Assembly (NCBI RefSeq): GCF_016026235.1
Contig: NZ_CP065613.1
Reading direction: 5' to 3' (one strand)
Length of the DNA: 64,000 nt
Source of the DNA: Escherichia coli
GTDB taxonomy: Bacteria > Pseudomonadota > Gammaproteobacteria > Enterobacterales > Enterobacteriaceae
Shown: positions 22,115-34,922 of the stretch, piece after piece
Layout of the letters: each line of letters starts with the position of its first letter
How positions within the stretch are numbered: the stretch's first letter is position 1
Notes under the pieces: generated by a model
What the model was told of the DNA's origin: nothing
Seen by the model: the letters and a program-made list of their open reading frames with translations, nothing else
Databases searched by the model: none
Position numbers and translations under genes: made by a program

Positions 22115-23470
22115 ATGATGTCTGCACCCAAAATTACATTTATCGGCGCTGGTTCGACGATTTTCGTTAAAAATATTCTTGGTGATGTGTTCCATCGCGA
22201 GGCGCTGAAAACGGCGCATATTGCCCTGATGGACATTGACCCCACCCGCCTGGAAGAGTCGCATATTGTGGTGCGTAAGCTGATGGATTCAGCAGGGGCC
22301 AGCGGCAAAATCACCTGCCACACCCAACAGAAAGAAGCCTTAGAGGATGCCGATTTTGTCGTGGTGGCATTTCAGATTGGCGGTTATGAACCTTGCACGG
22401 TGACTGATTTCGAGGTCTGTAAGCGGCATGGTCTGGAACAAACCATTGCCGATACGTTGGGGCCGGGCGGTATTATGCGCGCGCTACGTACCATTCCGCA
22501 TCTGTGGCAAATTTGCGAGGACATGACGGAAGTCTGCCCCGATGCCACCATGCTCAACTATGTTAACCCAATGGCGATGAATACCTGGGCGATGTATGCC
22601 CGCTATCCGCATATCAAACAGGTCGGGCTGTGCCATTCGGTGCAGGGAACGGCGGAAGAGCTGGCGCGTGACCTCAATATCGACCCGGCTACGCTGCGTT
22701 ACCGTTGCGCAGGTATCAACCATATGGCGTTTTACCTGGAGCTGGAGCGCAAAACCGCCGACGGCAGTTACGTGAATCTCTACCCGGAACTGCTGGCGGC
22801 TTATGACGCAGGGCAGGCACCGAAGCCGAATATTCACGGCAATACTCGCTGCCAGAATATTGTGCGCTATGAAATGTTCAAAAAGCTGGGCTACTTCGTC
22901 ACGGAATCGTCAGAACATTTTGCTGAGTACACACCGTGGTTTATTAAGCCAGGTCGTGAGGATTTGATTGAGCGTTATAAAGTACCGCTGGATGAGTACC
23001 CGAAACGCTGCGTCGAGCAGCTGGCGAACTGGCATAAAGAGCTGGAGGAGTATAAAAACGCCTCCCGGATTGATATTAAACCGTCACGGGAATATGCCAG
23101 CACAATCATGAACGCTATCTGGACTGGCGAGCCGAGTGTGATTTACGGCAACGTCCGTAACGATGGTTTGATTGATAACCTGCCACAAGGATGTTGCGTG
23201 GAAGTAGTCTGTCTGGTTGATGCTAATGGCATTCAGCCGACCAAAGTCGGTACGCTACCTTCGCATCTGGCCGCCCTGATGCAAACCAACATCAACGTAC
23301 AGACGCTGCTGACCGAAGCTATTCTTACGGAAAATCGCGACCGTGTTTACCACGCCGCGATGATGGACCCGCATACTGCCGCCGTGCTGGGCATTGACGA
23401 AATATATGCTCTTGTTGACGACCTGATTGCCGCCCACGGCGACTGGCTGCCAGGCTGGTTGCACCGTTAA
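22115..23470 (+). CDS. melA: alpha-galactosidase (GH4, NAD/Mn-dependent)
   Basis: 451 aa; N-terminal Rossmann motif KITFIGAGS. Confidence 0.93.
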   Translation: MMSAPKITFIGAGSTIFVKNILGDVFHREALKTAHIALMDIDPTRLEESHIVVRKLMDSAGASGKITCHTQQKEALEDADFVVVAFQIGGYEPCTVTDFEVCKRHGLEQTIADTLGPGGIMRALRTIPHLWQICEDMTEVCPDATMLNYVNPMAMNTWAMYARYPHIKQVGLCHSVQGTAEELARDLNIDPATLRYRCAGINHMAFYLELERKTADGSYVNLYPELLAAYDAGQAPKPNIHGNTRCQNIVRYEMFKKLGYFVTESSEHFAEYTPWFIKPGREDLIERYKVPLDEYPKRCVEQLANWHKELEEYKNASRIDIKPSREYASTIMNAIWTGEPSVIYGNVRNDGLIDNLPQGCCVEVVCLVDANGIQPTKVGTLPSHLAALMQTNINVQTLLTEAILTENRDRVYHAAMMDPHTAAVLGIDEIYALVDDLIAAHGDWLPGWLHR

Positions 23471-23572
23471 AACGCGACTAAACGCTACTGCGCCGGGGGA
23501 TTTATTCCGGCGCACACCTCTGACGATACCAATAACAGAAGGCGGGCGTTGGTAACAGCGACCCGATACCCT

Positions 23573-24994
23573 ATGAGCATTTCAATGACTACAAAACTCA
23601 GTTATGGATTTGGAGCGTTCGGGAAGGATTTTGCGATCGGCATTGTGTATATGTACCTCATGTATTACTACACCGATGTCGTTGGGCTGTCTGTGGGTTT
23701 GGTCGGTACTTTGTTTCTGGTGGCGAGGATCTGGGATGCTATTAACGATCCGATTATGGGATGGATTGTAAATGCTACGCGATCGCGATGGGGTAAGTTC
23801 AAACCCTGGATCCTGATCGGTACGTTGGCAAACTCTGTAATCTTATTTCTCCTCTTTAGTGCGCATCTGTTTGAAGGTACTACTCAGATTGTCTTTGTTT
23901 GCGTGACCTACATCCTCTGGGGCATGACTTACACCATTATGGATATTCCCTTCTGGTCGCTGGTTCCAACCATCACGCTCGATAAACGTGAGCGTGAACA
24001 ACTGGTTCCTTATCCGCGTTTTTTTGCCAGTCTGGCGGGCTTTGTTACGGCAGGTGTGACGCTACCATTTGTTAATTATGTCGGCGGTGGCGATCGGGGA
24101 TTTGGCTTTCAGATGTTCACACTGGTACTGATCGCCTTTTTTATTGTTTCAACCATCATCACTCTGCGCAATGTGCATGAAGTCTTTTCGTCAGACAATC
24201 AACCGTCTGCTGAAGGAAGCCATCTGACACTTAAAGCCATCGTTGCGCTTATTTATAAAAACGATCAGCTTTCATGCCTCTTGGGTATGGCTCTTGCTTA
24301 TAATGTAGCCAGCAATATTATTACCGGCTTTGCTATCTATTATTTCTCATATGTTATCGGTGATGCGGATTTGTTCCCCTATTATCTGTCGTATGCGGGA
24401 GCTGCTAACCTGGTGACGTTAGTATTCTTCCCACGCTTAGTTAAATCATTATCCCGACGCATTTTATGGGCCGGAGCATCTATTCTTCCGGTGTTAAGCT
24501 GTGGTGTTCTCCTGTTAATGGCATTAATGAGCTATCACAACGTCGTCCTCATTGTGATTGCGGGTATTTTGCTGAATGTGGGAACGGCGCTTTTCTGGGT
24601 ATTACAGGTCATCATGGTGGCAGATACCGTTGATTACGGTGAATATAAACTGCACGTACGCTGTGAAAGTATCGCTTACTCCGTGCAGACTATGGTGGTG
24701 AAGGGCGGTTCAGCCTTTGCGGCTTTTTTCATTGCGGTTGTGTTAGGGATGATTGGCTATGTACCGAATGTTGAACAGTCTACGCAAGCCCTATTAGGTA
24801 TGCAGTTTATTATGATTGCTCTACCAACTCTGTTTTTCATGGTAACGCTGATTCTCTACTTCCGTTTCTATCGCCTCAATGGTGACACGCTGCGCAGGAT
24901 CCAGATCCATCTGCTGGATAAATATCGCAAAGTACCGCCCGAGCCTGTTCATGCTGATATTCCGGTCGGTGCAGTGAGTGATGTGAAAGCCTGA
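23573..24994 (+). CDS. melB: melibiose:Na+ symporter
   Basis: Start [20 protein letters not shown]; 473 aa. Confidence 0.92.
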   Translation: MSISMTTKLSYGFGAFGKDFAIGIVYMYLMYYYTDVVGLSVGLVGTLFLVARIWDAINDPIMGWIVNATRSRWGKFKPWILIGTLANSVILFLLFSAHLFEGTTQIVFVCVTYILWGMTYTIMDIPFWSLVPTITLDKREREQLVPYPRFFASLAGFVTAGVTLPFVNYVGGGDRGFGFQMFTLVLIAFFIVSTIITLRNVHEVFSSDNQPSAEGSHLTLKAIVALIYKNDQLSCLLGMALAYNVASNIITGFAIYYFSYVIGDADLFPYYLSYAGAANLVTLVFFPRLVKSLSRRILWAGASILPVLSCGVLLLMALMSYHNVVLIVIAGILLNVGTALFWVLQVIMVADTVDYGEYKLHVRCESIAYSVQTMVVKGGSAFAAFFIAVVLGMIGYVPNVEQSTQALLGMQFIMIALPTLFFMVTLILYFRFYRLNGDTLRRIQIHLLDKYRKVPPEPVHADIPVGAVSDVKA

Positions 24995-25017
24995 CGTGGA
25001 CAATAGCTAACGAAAAT

Positions 25018-25114
25018 GGCCTGATGTGTTATGTTTATCAGGCCACGTCTTAATACAATGCTTTGGATTTGCAAATTTTGTAGACCGGATAAGGAATTCA
25101 CGCCGCATCCGGCA
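25018..25114. repeat. REP elements downstream of melB
   Basis: ggcctgatgtg...tatcaggcc and tagaccggataagg...gcatccggca. Confidence 0.65.
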
Positions 25115-25132
25115 TCAACAAAGCGCACGTTG

Positions 25133-25762
25133 TTATCCGGTTATCAAGCCAAAGCGCCGTAGCTGGCGGCAATGAAAGCGAGCGAGGAATATCACCGTCG
25201 TTAATGCGCCAAGCAGCGCGCAGAACATATCGGATTGCGTGTCCCACTGGTCGCCCTGGGTGCCGAGAAAATCATCCGCTCCCTGGCCCATTGCCAGCGC
25301 CGCCCACCACTCGATTAATTCATACATCGCGCTTATCGCCAGCGCCACGCAGCAGACCAGGAACGCCACCATTTTACGTCCGCGCACGTACATCCCGCGA
25401 ACGAGAATTTCTCGTGCCACCAGTGCAGGCACCAGCCCCTGGAAAAAGTGCCCCAGCTTGTCATACGGATTACGACTCAACCCCAGCCATTCCTGCACCT
25501 CAAAACCAACGGGGACTTTCGCGTAGGTGTATTGTCCGCCGACCATCAGGATGATGGCGTGAAAGAAAATGAGCGTATAAAGCAGCGGCGTTAACGGATA
25601 ACGTTTCGCGATGGCAAGGAGTAGCGGCACGACAATAATCACCGGTGTCACTTCCATCAGCCAGGTGAGTTTGTCATGGGCCGAAATGCCGGTATAAATC
25701 AGGATTAACGTTAGCGCCAGTGCGCCGGTGTTAAGAATTAACGGCTTGAGTGTGCGGGTCAT
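25133..25762 (-). CDS. yjdF: inner membrane protein YjdF
   Basis: 209 aa hydrophobic ORF. Confidence 0.8.
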   Translation of the reverse strand: MTRTLKPLILNTGALALTLILIYTGISAHDKLTWLMEVTPVIIVVPLLLAIAKRYPLTPLLYTLIFFHAIILMVGGQYTYAKVPVGFEVQEWLGLSRNPYDKLGHFFQGLVPALVAREILVRGMYVRGRKMVAFLVCCVALAISAMYELIEWWAALAMGQGADDFLGTQGDQWDTQSDMFCALLGALTTVIFLARFHCRQLRRFGLITG

Positions 25763-25884
25763 GGTGAGTTCGCAAGTCAGGGAAAATACTGACTATTCAC
25801 CAGCAAGCGTGAAATTACAATCGCAAAAGAGGTGGCCCAGGGGGATCACCTAGCAGCATGCTGCCAGGCGCTGGGCCGAAGAGG

Positions 25885-27531
25885 TTACTTAGTGCAGTTC
25901 GCGCACTGTTTGTTGACGATCTGCTGGAAGAAGTCGTTACCTTTGTCATCGACCAGGATAAACGCCGGGAAATCTTCTACTTCGATTTTCCAGATAGCTT
26001 CCATACCCAGCTCCGGATAAGCGACGCATTCCAGATGCTTGATGCTCTGCTGCGCCAGTACCGCCGCCGGACCGCCGATACTACCGAGGTAGAAGCCGCC
26101 GTGTTTATGACACGCGTCGGTAACCTGCTGACTGCGGTTACCTTTCGCTAGCATGATCATGCTGCCGCCGTGGGATTGCAGCAGATCCACGTAGGAGTCC
26201 ATACGACCTGCGGTGGTTGGGCCAAGTGAACCTGATGGATAACCGGCAGGGGTTTTCGCCGGACCCGCGTAGTAGATCGGGTGATCTTTGATGTACTGCG
26301 GAAGTTCTTTACCGGCGTCAATCAGCTCTTTCAGCTTGGCGTGTGCAATATCTCGGCCCACGATAATGGTGCCGGTGAGCGACAAACGAGTGGAAACCGG
26401 ATATTGCGAAAGCTGGGCGAGGATCTCTTTCATCGGGCGGTTAAGGTCGACCTTCACCGCTTCGCCTTCACCGGCCTGGCGCAGTTCTTGTGGAATGTAC
26501 TGACCTGGATTGTGTTCCAGTTTTTCGATCCAGATACCTTCGCGGTTGATTTTCGCTTTAATGTTACGGTCAGCGGAGCAGGAGACGCCCATGCCTACCG
26601 GGCAGGATGCGCCGTGACGTGGCAGACGGATAACGCGAATGTCGTGCGCGAAGTATTTACCGCCAAACTGCGCGCCAAGACCGAGTTTCTGGGCCTCTTC
26701 CAGCAGTTCCTGTTCCAGCTGGACATCGCGGAACGCCTGACCATGTTCGTTCCCTTCCGTCGGCAGTTCATCGTAATAGTGAGCGCTTGCTAACTTAACG
26801 GTTTTCAGGTTGGTTTCCGCAGACGTACCGCCAATCACAAACGCGATATGGTACGGCGGGCAGGCTGCAGTACCGAGGGTACGCATTTTCTCGACGAGGA
26901 AGTTTTTCAGTTTGCCGGGAGTCAGCAGGGCTTTGGTTTCCTGGTAGAGATAGGTTTTGTTGGCAGAGCCGCCGCCTTTCGCAACGCAAAGGAATTTGTA
27001 CTCATCGCCATCTACCGCGTACAGGTCGATTTGTGCAGGCAGGTTAGTGCCGGTGTTGACCTCTTTGTACATGTCCAGCGCCGCGTTTTGCGAGTAGCGC
27101 AGGTTATCCTCGATATAGGTGTTATAGACGCCTTTCGACAGCGCTTCTTCATCACCGCCACCGGTCCACACGCGCTGGCCTTTTTTACCGACGATGATCG
27201 CGGTGCCGGTATCCTGGCAGGTCGGCAGCACGCCTTTGGCGGCGATTTCGGAGTTTCTTAAGAATTGCAGTGCCACGTACTTGTCGTTTTCGCTGGCTTC
27301 TGGATCGTGAAGAATAGCCGCAACCTGTTTCTGGTGTGCCGGACGGAGCATGAAAGAAGCGTCGTGAAAGGCTTGCTGCGCCAGCAGGGTCAGGGCTTCT
27401 GGTTCCACTTTCAGGATGGTTTCGCCGTCGAAGTCGGCAACGCTAACGTAATCGGAAGTGAGTAGATAGTATTCGGTATTGTCTTTCCCCATCGGGAAAG
27501 GTGCCTGGTAGATAAAGGGTTTGTTTGACAT
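25885..27531 (-). CDS. fumB: class I (Fe-S) fumarate hydratase, anaerobic
   Basis: 548 aa. Confidence 0.93.
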   Translation of the reverse strand: MSNKPFIYQAPFPMGKDNTEYYLLTSDYVSVADFDGETILKVEPEALTLLAQQAFHDASFMLRPAHQKQVAAILHDPEASENDKYVALQFLRNSEIAAKGVLPTCQDTGTAIIVGKKGQRVWTGGGDEEALSKGVYNTYIEDNLRYSQNAALDMYKEVNTGTNLPAQIDLYAVDGDEYKFLCVAKGGGSANKTYLYQETKALLTPGKLKNFLVEKMRTLGTAACPPYHIAFVIGGTSAETNLKTVKLASAHYYDELPTEGNEHGQAFRDVQLEQELLEEAQKLGLGAQFGGKYFAHDIRVIRLPRHGASCPVGMGVSCSADRNIKAKINREGIWIEKLEHNPGQYIPQELRQAGEGEAVKVDLNRPMKEILAQLSQYPVSTRLSLTGTIIVGRDIAHAKLKELIDAGKELPQYIKDHPIYYAGPAKTPAGYPSGSLGPTTAGRMDSYVDLLQSHGGSMIMLAKGNRSQQVTDACHKHGGFYLGSIGGPAAVLAQQSIKHLECVAYPELGMEAIWKIEVEDFPAFILVDDKGNDFFQQIVNKQCANCTK

Positions 27532-27608
27532 AGCTTCCAGCCTGTAACTCTGTATTTGTTATTCGAAAATGGCGTGCCGCGTAGTCACGGGCGGCACGCA
27601 AAGTGCAT

Positions 27609-28949
27609 TTATAAGAACCCGTACATCGCGGCGAAGATCCAGCCGAAGACGCACGATACGCTCACACCAATCAACCCCGGCAGAATAAAACTGTGGTTGA
27701 TGACGAAGCGACCGATGTGGGTGGTGCCGGAACGGTCAAACTGAATCGCTGCCAGATCGCTCGGATAAGTCGGCAGGATGTAATAACCGTAGCAAGCCGG
27801 TGCTGAAGCCACGATGTATGCCGGATCAACGCCGATCGCCAGCGCGACCGGAACAATCGCCGCCAGCGCCGCAGCCTGAGAGTTTACAAACTTGGAAACC
27901 AGCAGCAGAACAATGGCATACGCCCACGGATACTCTTTCACCATTTCACCCAGTACGCCCTGAATTTCAGACATATGCGCACCGAACATGGTTTCTGCCA
28001 TCCATGCGATACCGTACACCGCCACGATGGCGATCATACCGGAACGGAAGACTTCGTTTTTTGAGATAGACGCGGGATTGGTTTTGGTCAGGATAATAAT
28101 CAGCGCCCCGGTCAGCAGCATAAACATCTGAATAACCAGTACCATCGACAGCGGTTTGCCGCCGAAGGATGGACGCAGGTCCGAATCAGCACCAAGAAGG
28201 GCGACTACAGCGATTGCCCCGAGGAAAATCCACATTGCCAGCCAGTTGCTTTTCGGCAGTTTTTTATCCAGCAGCGTCGCGGTATCACCGTAAACATACT
28301 CACGGTTTTCCGGTACGGAGATGAATTTCTGGAACTCTTCGTCTTTATCCAGATCTTTACCGCGGAACCAGCTGAAGATACCGATCGCCAGGATACCGAT
28401 TAACGTCGATGGAATGGTGATTGCCAGCAGATCGAGGAACTCAAGATGGCGACCATCAAAGGTGACATTACCCAGCATCGCAACCAGAGACACGACCGCA
28501 ACCGACACCGGACTGGCGATAATCCCCATCTGTGCACCGATAGAACTTGCCGCCATCGGACGTTCCGGACGGATGTTGTTCTTAATGGCGACGTCGTAGA
28601 TGATCGGCAGAATGGTGTAAACCACATGACCCGTACCGCAAAGAATGGTCAGTGTACAGGTCACAAACGGCGCGACAATTGAGACATATTTCGGGTTGCG
28701 GCGCAGCAGCTTCTCGGCAATTTGCAGCATGACATCAAGACCGCCCGAAGCTTGCAAGGTCGCCGATGCCGCCACCACCGCAATGATAACCAGCATGACA
28801 TCAACTGGTGGTTTACCTGGCTGAAGGTGGAAGACGAAGACCAGAATGACCAGACCGATACCGCCTAATAAACCCAGCGCGATACCACCCTTTCTGGCAC
28901 CATAAAACAGACATATCAGTATTATGATAAGTTGGATAGTAAATAACAT
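27609..28949 (-). CDS. dcuB: anaerobic C4-dicarboxylate transporter DcuB
   Basis: 446 aa; paralog of dcuA in this window. Confidence 0.93.
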
Positions 28950-29519
28950 GTGTGAACCCTCGCGATAATCCTATTTAAATTTTTGCTGAATAGATCACAG
29001 TCACGTTCTGTTTTGTATGAACTGTTTTCAGAGCCTGACTAAATATCCGTTTGGTCGTTACCGGCTTTAGCAAATGCCTCACAGTGAATATTGGCTGATT
29101 AAAGCAGCGGCAAATTTATGCACTGTGATAAGCGGCTTTTTCAGAGAGAAAAACTCTCTGGCGATGGGTTTATAGTTTGTACTGCGCAGATGTTAATGTT
29201 TTGTTTGCTGTTATCTTATTGATATTTATCGGTCTATTTTTTGTTCTCAGGGCAGATATCATTAGGTTTAAAGATTAATCTGATCTACCCATTTGTGGGT
29301 AAAAATACACATAATGCGGGTGACATAATAGTTAATTAACTTTTGTTAGCGTTTTGAAATTAAAAACACCGTTCACCTGAAGAGATATTAATTTTTAGCG
29401 ATGATGGAGGGATAATTATATTTGATCTGGCACAAGTTTTACTGATGAAGGATGTAACTTGTGCCAGGGGTATTTTGCATTACGGTAATAATTATTACTT
29501 ACAGATAACCAGCGATCCG

Positions 29520-30239
29520 TTATTGGCAATATTGTTTCAGCAGTGAGTAGTGTTCTGCCTGAATACGGTAACGGTAAACCGGACGCCCCGTGACGCCATA
29601 ATGGATACTGGTGAACAAGATGTGGCAGTTGACCAGCCAGATGAGGTATTTTCGGCAGGAAACACGCGAGATGTTAACCTCGTTAGCCAGCTCGTCGGTT
29701 GAAAACTCATAGTCCTGATGCGCGTCAATCCACTGGCACAGCGTGCGTAACGTCTGCGGCGTTAAGCCTTTTGGCAAGCGACGAGGATCCTGTTCGTTGG
29801 AGCTGCTGCCGTGGATTAGCTGATCAAGCTCGGCCTGGTCATAATACTGATGTTTTTCCAGCGCCATTTTCTTTTGCCGCCAGCCGGTGAGCGCCTCTTC
29901 AAAGCGGGAAGCCTGGAAGGGTTTGATCAGGTAATCCACGACACCGTAATGCAGCGAATCTTTAATGGTTGCCGCATCGGCTGCGGAGGAGATGACAATC
30001 ACATCACTTTTGCAACGCGCGTTATGCAGGACAGGCAGTAAATCGAGCCCGTTCTCTTTTTGCATATAGATATCGAGCAATATCAGGTCGATAGGCGTAT
30101 CGCTATTGAAGATAATCTCTTTGGCTTTCTCCAGCGTCGAGGCTGTTCCACAGCATTGAAAGCCTGGGATTTGTGCTACGTATCGGCGATTCAGCTCCGC
30201 GACCATTGCGTCGTCATCGATAATTAATACATTGATCAT
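29520..30239 (-). CDS. dcuR: response regulator DcuR
   Basis: 239 aa; MINVLIIDDD receiver domain. Confidence 0.92.
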   Translation of the reverse strand: MINVLIIDDDAMVAELNRRYVAQIPGFQCCGTASTLEKAKEIIFNSDTPIDLILLDIYMQKENGLDLLPVLHNARCKSDVIVISSAADAATIKDSLHYGVVDYLIKPFQASRFEEALTGWRQKKMALEKHQYYDQAELDQLIHGSSSNEQDPRRLPKGLTPQTLRTLCQWIDAHQDYEFSTDELANEVNISRVSCRKYLIWLVNCHILFTSIHYGVTGRPVYRYRIQAEHYSLLKQYCQ

Positions 30240-31867
30240 CTGTTCGACCTCTCCCCGTCCCAGGGTATCTGGACAAAAAATTGTGTGAAAATCCCGGGTT
30301 CCGATTCCACGGCGATGCTGCCGCCGAGATTTTCTACCTGTTGTTTGACAAGTGCTAAACCGACGCCTCGCTCGCTTCCTTTTGTCGAGACACCTTTGTC
30401 AAAAATGTGATCGATTTTGTCGGGTGCGATCCCCGGTCCATCATCGTTAACTTCGCAGTGCAGCCAGCCGTGACGGTAGTGCAATGTTACGCTAATTTCG
30501 CCACCGGGTTCCGGCCCTAATGCTTCCAGCGCGTTTTCTATCAGATTTCCCAATGTGGTAATCAGCGTCGCGACCTGGTCCTCACTGCCGCTGTCTGGCA
30601 GCAGGCTTTCACTGTTTAAAATCAGCGTATGGCCTAAATCGGTCGCGCGGTTAATCTTGCTGATTAAAAAACCAGCGATAACCGGAGATTTGATCTTACC
30701 CAGCAGAGACCCAATCTCTTCCTGATAGTTATTGGCTGTTTTGAGAATGTAATCTTCCAACTGCTTATAACTCTTCAGATGCAATAATCCGAGAATCACA
30801 TGCAATTTATTCATAAATTCGTGGGATCGTTCACGAAGTGCATCAGCATAGTTGACCAGACCGTCGAGTCGCTGCATCAGTTTACGAACTTCAGTTTTGT
30901 CCCTGAAGGTTGAAATGGCACCGATGATAACGCCATTACTGCGCACCGGAACGGTGTTGATCAGTAATAGCCGGTCTTTAATCGTAATCTCTTCGTCGCG
31001 GCGCGGCGTACCGTCGCGTAACACTTCCGAGACATCTACCACCTGTGACCATGAGTGGCTTAGCGTCGACAGTTTCTCATCGTCCTGCGACTTACGGTAA
31101 TTCAGCAATTCTTGTGCGGCATCGTTGATCAGCGTGACCTCGCCGCGATCGTCCACGGCAACGACGCCTTCTTTGATAGACTGCAACATGGCCTGGCGCT
31201 GCTCAAACAGCGTGGAGATTTCGTAGGGTTCCAGGCCGAAAAGGATTTTTTTCAGTACCTTAACCAGAATGCAGGTGCCAATCAGTCCGACCAGCATGCC
31301 AAATAATACCGACCAGATAATGCTCCAGCGACTGTCATTGATTTGTTGGGTCACGCGGCTTAACTCAAGGCCGATCGCCACCACGCCAATTTGTTTATGA
31401 TTTTCATCGTAGATGGGGGTAAATACGCGTAAAGCCTGCGCCAGAAAACCGCGATTGATAGCGACATTTTCTTTGCCATTCAGCGCTTTAAGGATGTCAT
31501 CACCTTTAAATGGCTGACCAATACGCTGGGCTTCAGGATGCGAGTAGCGAAGACTTTGCATATCGGTAACGACAATAAACAGCAGATCGTTGCGTTTGCG
31601 CACGGCTTCCGCGATGGCCTGGATTCCGCTCTCCTGCGGTTTTTTCTGCAAGCCCTGACGGATTTCCGGCGAGTCGGCGAGAGTACGCGCCACTGCCAGT
31701 GCCTTGTTGGCCAGCCCGTCTCGCGTCATATCACTGATTTGCGAGAAGTAAATCAGATGCACCACCAATAGCACCGAGAACAGTACCGCGCTGACCATTA
31801 AGATCACTGTGGTACTCAATTTCATCGGACGTTTGCGTAACATGCGGTAGGGCAATGAATGTCTCAT
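30236..31867 (-). CDS. dcuS: C4-dicarboxylate sensor kinase DcuS
   Basis: 543 aa; 4-nt overlap with dcuR. Confidence 0.92.
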   Translation of the reverse strand: MRHSLPYRMLRKRPMKLSTTVILMVSAVLFSVLLVVHLIYFSQISDMTRDGLANKALAVARTLADSPEIRQGLQKKPQESGIQAIAEAVRKRNDLLFIVVTDMQSLRYSHPEAQRIGQPFKGDDILKALNGKENVAINRGFLAQALRVFTPIYDENHKQIGVVAIGLELSRVTQQINDSRWSIIWSVLFGMLVGLIGTCILVKVLKKILFGLEPYEISTLFEQRQAMLQSIKEGVVAVDDRGEVTLINDAAQELLNYRKSQDDEKLSTLSHSWSQVVDVSEVLRDGTPRRDEEITIKDRLLLINTVPVRSNGVIIGAISTFRDKTEVRKLMQRLDGLVNYADALRERSHEFMNKLHVILGLLHLKSYKQLEDYILKTANNYQEEIGSLLGKIKSPVIAGFLISKINRATDLGHTLILNSESLLPDSGSEDQVATLITTLGNLIENALEALGPEPGGEISVTLHYRHGWLHCEVNDDGPGIAPDKIDHIFDKGVSTKGSERGVGLALVKQQVENLGGSIAVESEPGIFTQFFVQIPWDGERSNR

Positions 31868-32047
31868 CAGCTTCCTTGTGTGACAAATTTCTTAAGCATT
31901 ATCTCTGATGAGGCGGGTAATTCAAAGGGAGTAAGAATGATTGGCTATATAGGGGAAGAGACTCTGGCAACGGAAACTGCCAGTGCTGTATGAAGATTCC
32001 AGGGCTATGCTTATAGCGATAATCATACTGATGAGAGAGGGAAAGTC

Positions 32048-32278
32048 ATGGATCAGGCGCTACTGGACGAGGGTTATCGCTGTTATACCGGCGAAAAGAT
32101 CGATGTCTATTTCAACACTGCGATATGTCAGCATTCTGGCAATTGCGTACGTGGCAACGGCAAGTTATTTAATCTCAAACGAAAGCCGTGGATCATGCCG
32201 GATGAAGTCGACGTCGCCACTGTGGTTAAAGTGATTGATACGTGCCCGAGCGGCGCGCTGAAATACCGTCATAAATAA
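32048..32278 (+). CDS. yjdI: small Cys-rich protein YjdI
   Basis: 76 aa; CxxxC...C motifs. Confidence 0.75.
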   Translation: MDQALLDEGYRCYTGEKIDVYFNTAICQHSGNCVRGNGKLFNLKRKPWIMPDEVDVATVVKVIDTCPSGALKYRHK

Positions 32279-32289
32279 GCGAGGGTAAA

Positions 32290-32562
32290 ATGGAAATACG
32301 CGAAGGCCACAATAAATTTTACATTAATGACGAACAAGGCAAGCAAATCGCTGAAATTGTCTTTGTGCCGACTGGAGAGAATTTAGCGATTATCGAACAT
32401 ACCGATGTCGATGAAAGCCTGAAAGGGCAGGGGATTGGTAAACAGCTGGTTGCAAAAGTCGTGGAAAAAATGCGTCGGGAAAAACGAAAAATTATCCCAT
32501 TATGTCCATTTGCGAAACACGAATTTGATAAAACGCGGGAGTATGATGATATTCGTAGTTGA
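32290..32562 (+). CDS. yjdJ: GNAT-like small acetyltransferase YjdJ
   Basis: 90 aa; GQGIGKQL acetyl-CoA binding-like motif. Confidence 0.75.
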   Translation: MEIREGHNKFYINDEQGKQIAEIVFVPTGENLAIIEHTDVDESLKGQGIGKQLVAKVVEKMRREKRKIIPLCPFAKHEFDKTREYDDIRS

Positions 32563-32788
32563 TGGAAGAGTACAGAGCCACGATATTTTTCATGCTCTCC
32601 GCGGAGTGATGCAGGAGAGCATCTGAAGGGTCGGGGGATGCACAAAGAATGGGCAGAGAGCGCGTTTTTTTGTCCCAAGTCATCCCCTTTACTGAGCAAA
32701 AAAAAGAATATCTCCTATATGAGAATCATCAATCGGGGTTAATAAGTTTTGCGTCCCCAGAGCGTTCAATATTGATAGGAGTCATATT

Positions 32789-33085
32789 ATGGAAGGTAAA
32801 AACAAGTTCAATACTTATGTTGTTTCTTTTGATTATCCATCATCTTATTCCTCAGTGTTCTTAAGGTTAAGATCATTGATGTATGATATGAATTTCTCCT
32901 CTATCGTGGCTGATGAATATGGGATACCACGACAATTGAATGAAAACTCCTTCGCAATAACGACATCGTTAGCCGCAAGTGAAATCGAGGATTTAATCAG
33001 GCTCAAATGCTTAGACTTACCGGATATTGATTTTGACCTCAACATTATGACAGTTGATGACTATTTCCGTCAGTTTTACAAGTAG
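32789..33085 (+). CDS. ghoS: type V antitoxin GhoS (endoribonuclease)
   Basis: 98 aa ORF immediately upstream of ghoT-like small hydrophobic ORF. Confidence 0.8.
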   Translation: MEGKNKFNTYVVSFDYPSSYSSVFLRLRSLMYDMNFSSIVADEYGIPRQLNENSFAITTSLAASEIEDLIRLKCLDLPDIDFDLNIMTVDDYFRQFYK

Positions 33086-33112
33086 CCAGGAAGGATAAGA
33101 AGAACATAAAAA

Positions 33113-33286
33113 ATGGCACTATTCTCTAAAATATTAATTTTTTATGTGATTGGTGTGAACATATCCTTTGTCATTATCTGGTTTATCTCACATGAGAAAA
33201 CACATATTCGTTTACTTAGTGCATTCCTGGTCGGAATAACCTGGCCAATGAGTCTGCCTGTGGCATTACTTTTTTTTCTCTTTTAG
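33113..33286 (+). CDS. ghoT: small membrane toxin GhoT (57 aa)
   Basis: ATG 33113; MALFSKILIFYVIGVNISFVIIWFISHEKTHIRLLSAFLVGITWPMSLPVALLFFLF; stop TAG 33284..33286; not in the supplied ORF track (<60 aa). Confidence 0.75.
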   Translation: MALFSKILIFYVIGVNISFVIIWFISHEKTHIRLLSAFLVGITWPMSLPVALLFFLF

Positions 33287-33404
33287 GAGCTGTAGTTGAG
33301 TGGACCCGCTGGTTATCGTGAAACGAAGCGTCTCTCCTCAAAACTGGATTTGCGGAACGATGAACGAAGCAGTCGCCTGACTGCTTCGTTCATTAAAGTG
33401 AAAA

Positions 33405-34922
33405 TTATTTCTGTGGGCGCATCGCCGGGAAGAGAATAACGTCGCGAATAGTATGACTGTTTGTAAACAGCATAATCATTCGGTCGATACCAATACCCAG
33501 ACCAGCGGTTGGCGGCAGACCATATTCCAGCGCAGTCACGTAATCTTCGTCATAGAACATGGCTTCGTCGTCACCTGCAGCTTTAGCGTTAACCTGTTCC
33601 TGGAAACGTTCAGCCTGATCTTCTGCGTCGTTTAATTCGCTAAAACCATTACCGATTTCACGACCACCGATGAAGAATTCAAAACGGTCGGTGATTTCTG
33701 GGTTAACATCATTACGGCGTGCCAGCGGTGACACTTCTGCCGGATATTCCGTAATAAAGGTTGGCTGAATCAGATGTGCTTCTGCCACTTCATCAAAGAT
33801 CTCCGTGACAATACGTCCCAGCCCCCAGCTTTTCTCTACCGTAATACCGATAGATTCAGCTAATTCTTTAGCAGCATCAAAATTATCCAGGTCGGCCATA
33901 TCGGTTTCTGGACGATATTTTTTGATTGCTTCGCGCATGGTGAGTTTTTCAAACGGTTTGCCGAAATCAAACACATGCTCGCCATAAGTGACTTTAGTGG
34001 TACCCAGAACCTCTTGTGCCAGGGTGCGGAACAGGGACTCTGTCAGTTCAATCAAATCGTGGTAATCCGCATACGCCATGTAGAGTTCCATCATTGTGAA
34101 CTCAGGATTATGGCGAACAGAAATACCTTCATTACGGAAGTTACGGTTGATTTCGAATACCCGTTCAAAACCGCCTACAACCAGACGTTTCAGATACAGC
34201 TCTGGCGCGATACGCAGATACATATCTAAATCCAGAGCATTATGATGGGTAATAAACGGGCGAGCAGATGCCCCACCTGGAATTACCTGCATCATCGGGG
34301 TTTCTACTTCCATAAAGCCGCGCGCGACCATGAACTGACGGATAGCGGCCAGAATTTTTGAACGGACAACGAACGTTTGACGGGATTTATCGTTAGCGAT
34401 GAGGTCCAGATAACGTTGACGATAACGGACTTCCTGATCCTGCAGACCATGGAATTTATCTGGTAAAGGACGTAGTGCTTTAGTCAGCAGGCGCAGCTCA
34501 GTACAGTGAATGGAAAGCTCACCCGTTTGCGTCTTAAACAGCGTACCGCGGGCACCGATAATGTCACCCAGATCCCATTTTTTAAACTGATCGTTATAAA
34601 CACCTTCTGGCAGGCTATCTCTTGCAACGTACAGTTGAATACGGCCACCGACATCCTGCAACGTTACAAAGGAGGCTTTCCCCATGATACGACGGGTCAT
34701 CATTCGGCCAGCAACCGAGACTTCAATGTTTAAGGATTCCAGTTCCTGGTTATTCTTCGCATCAAACTCTTCGTGCAACTGGTCAGAGGTATGGTCGCGG
34801 CGAAAATCATTGGGAAACGCCACACCTTGCTGACGTAGTGCCGCCAGTTTTTCGCGGCGATTTCTCAGTTCATCGTTAAAATCAATAGCCTCATTGGCTC
34901 CCCGTGTTTCTTGTTCAGACAT
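33405..34922 (-). CDS. lysU: lysyl-tRNA synthetase, inducible isoform
   Basis: Start [26 protein letters not shown]; 505 aa class II aaRS. Confidence 0.92.
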   Translation of the reverse strand: MSEQETRGANEAIDFNDELRNRREKLAALRQQGVAFPNDFRRDHTSDQLHEEFDAKNNQELESLNIEVSVAGRMMTRRIMGKASFVTLQDVGGRIQLYVARDSLPEGVYNDQFKKWDLGDIIGARGTLFKTQTGELSIHCTELRLLTKALRPLPDKFHGLQDQEVRYRQRYLDLIANDKSRQTFVVRSKILAAIRQFMVARGFMEVETPMMQVIPGGASARPFITHHNALDLDMYLRIAPELYLKRLVVGGFERVFEINRNFRNEGISVRHNPEFTMMELYMAYADYHDLIELTESLFRTLAQEVLGTTKVTYGEHVFDFGKPFEKLTMREAIKKYRPETDMADLDNFDAAKELAESIGITVEKSWGLGRIVTEIFDEVAEAHLIQPTFITEYPAEVSPLARRNDVNPEITDRFEFFIGGREIGNGFSELNDAEDQAERFQEQVNAKAAGDDEAMFYDEDYVTALEYGLPPTAGLGIGIDRMIMLFTNSHTIRDVILFPAMRPQK

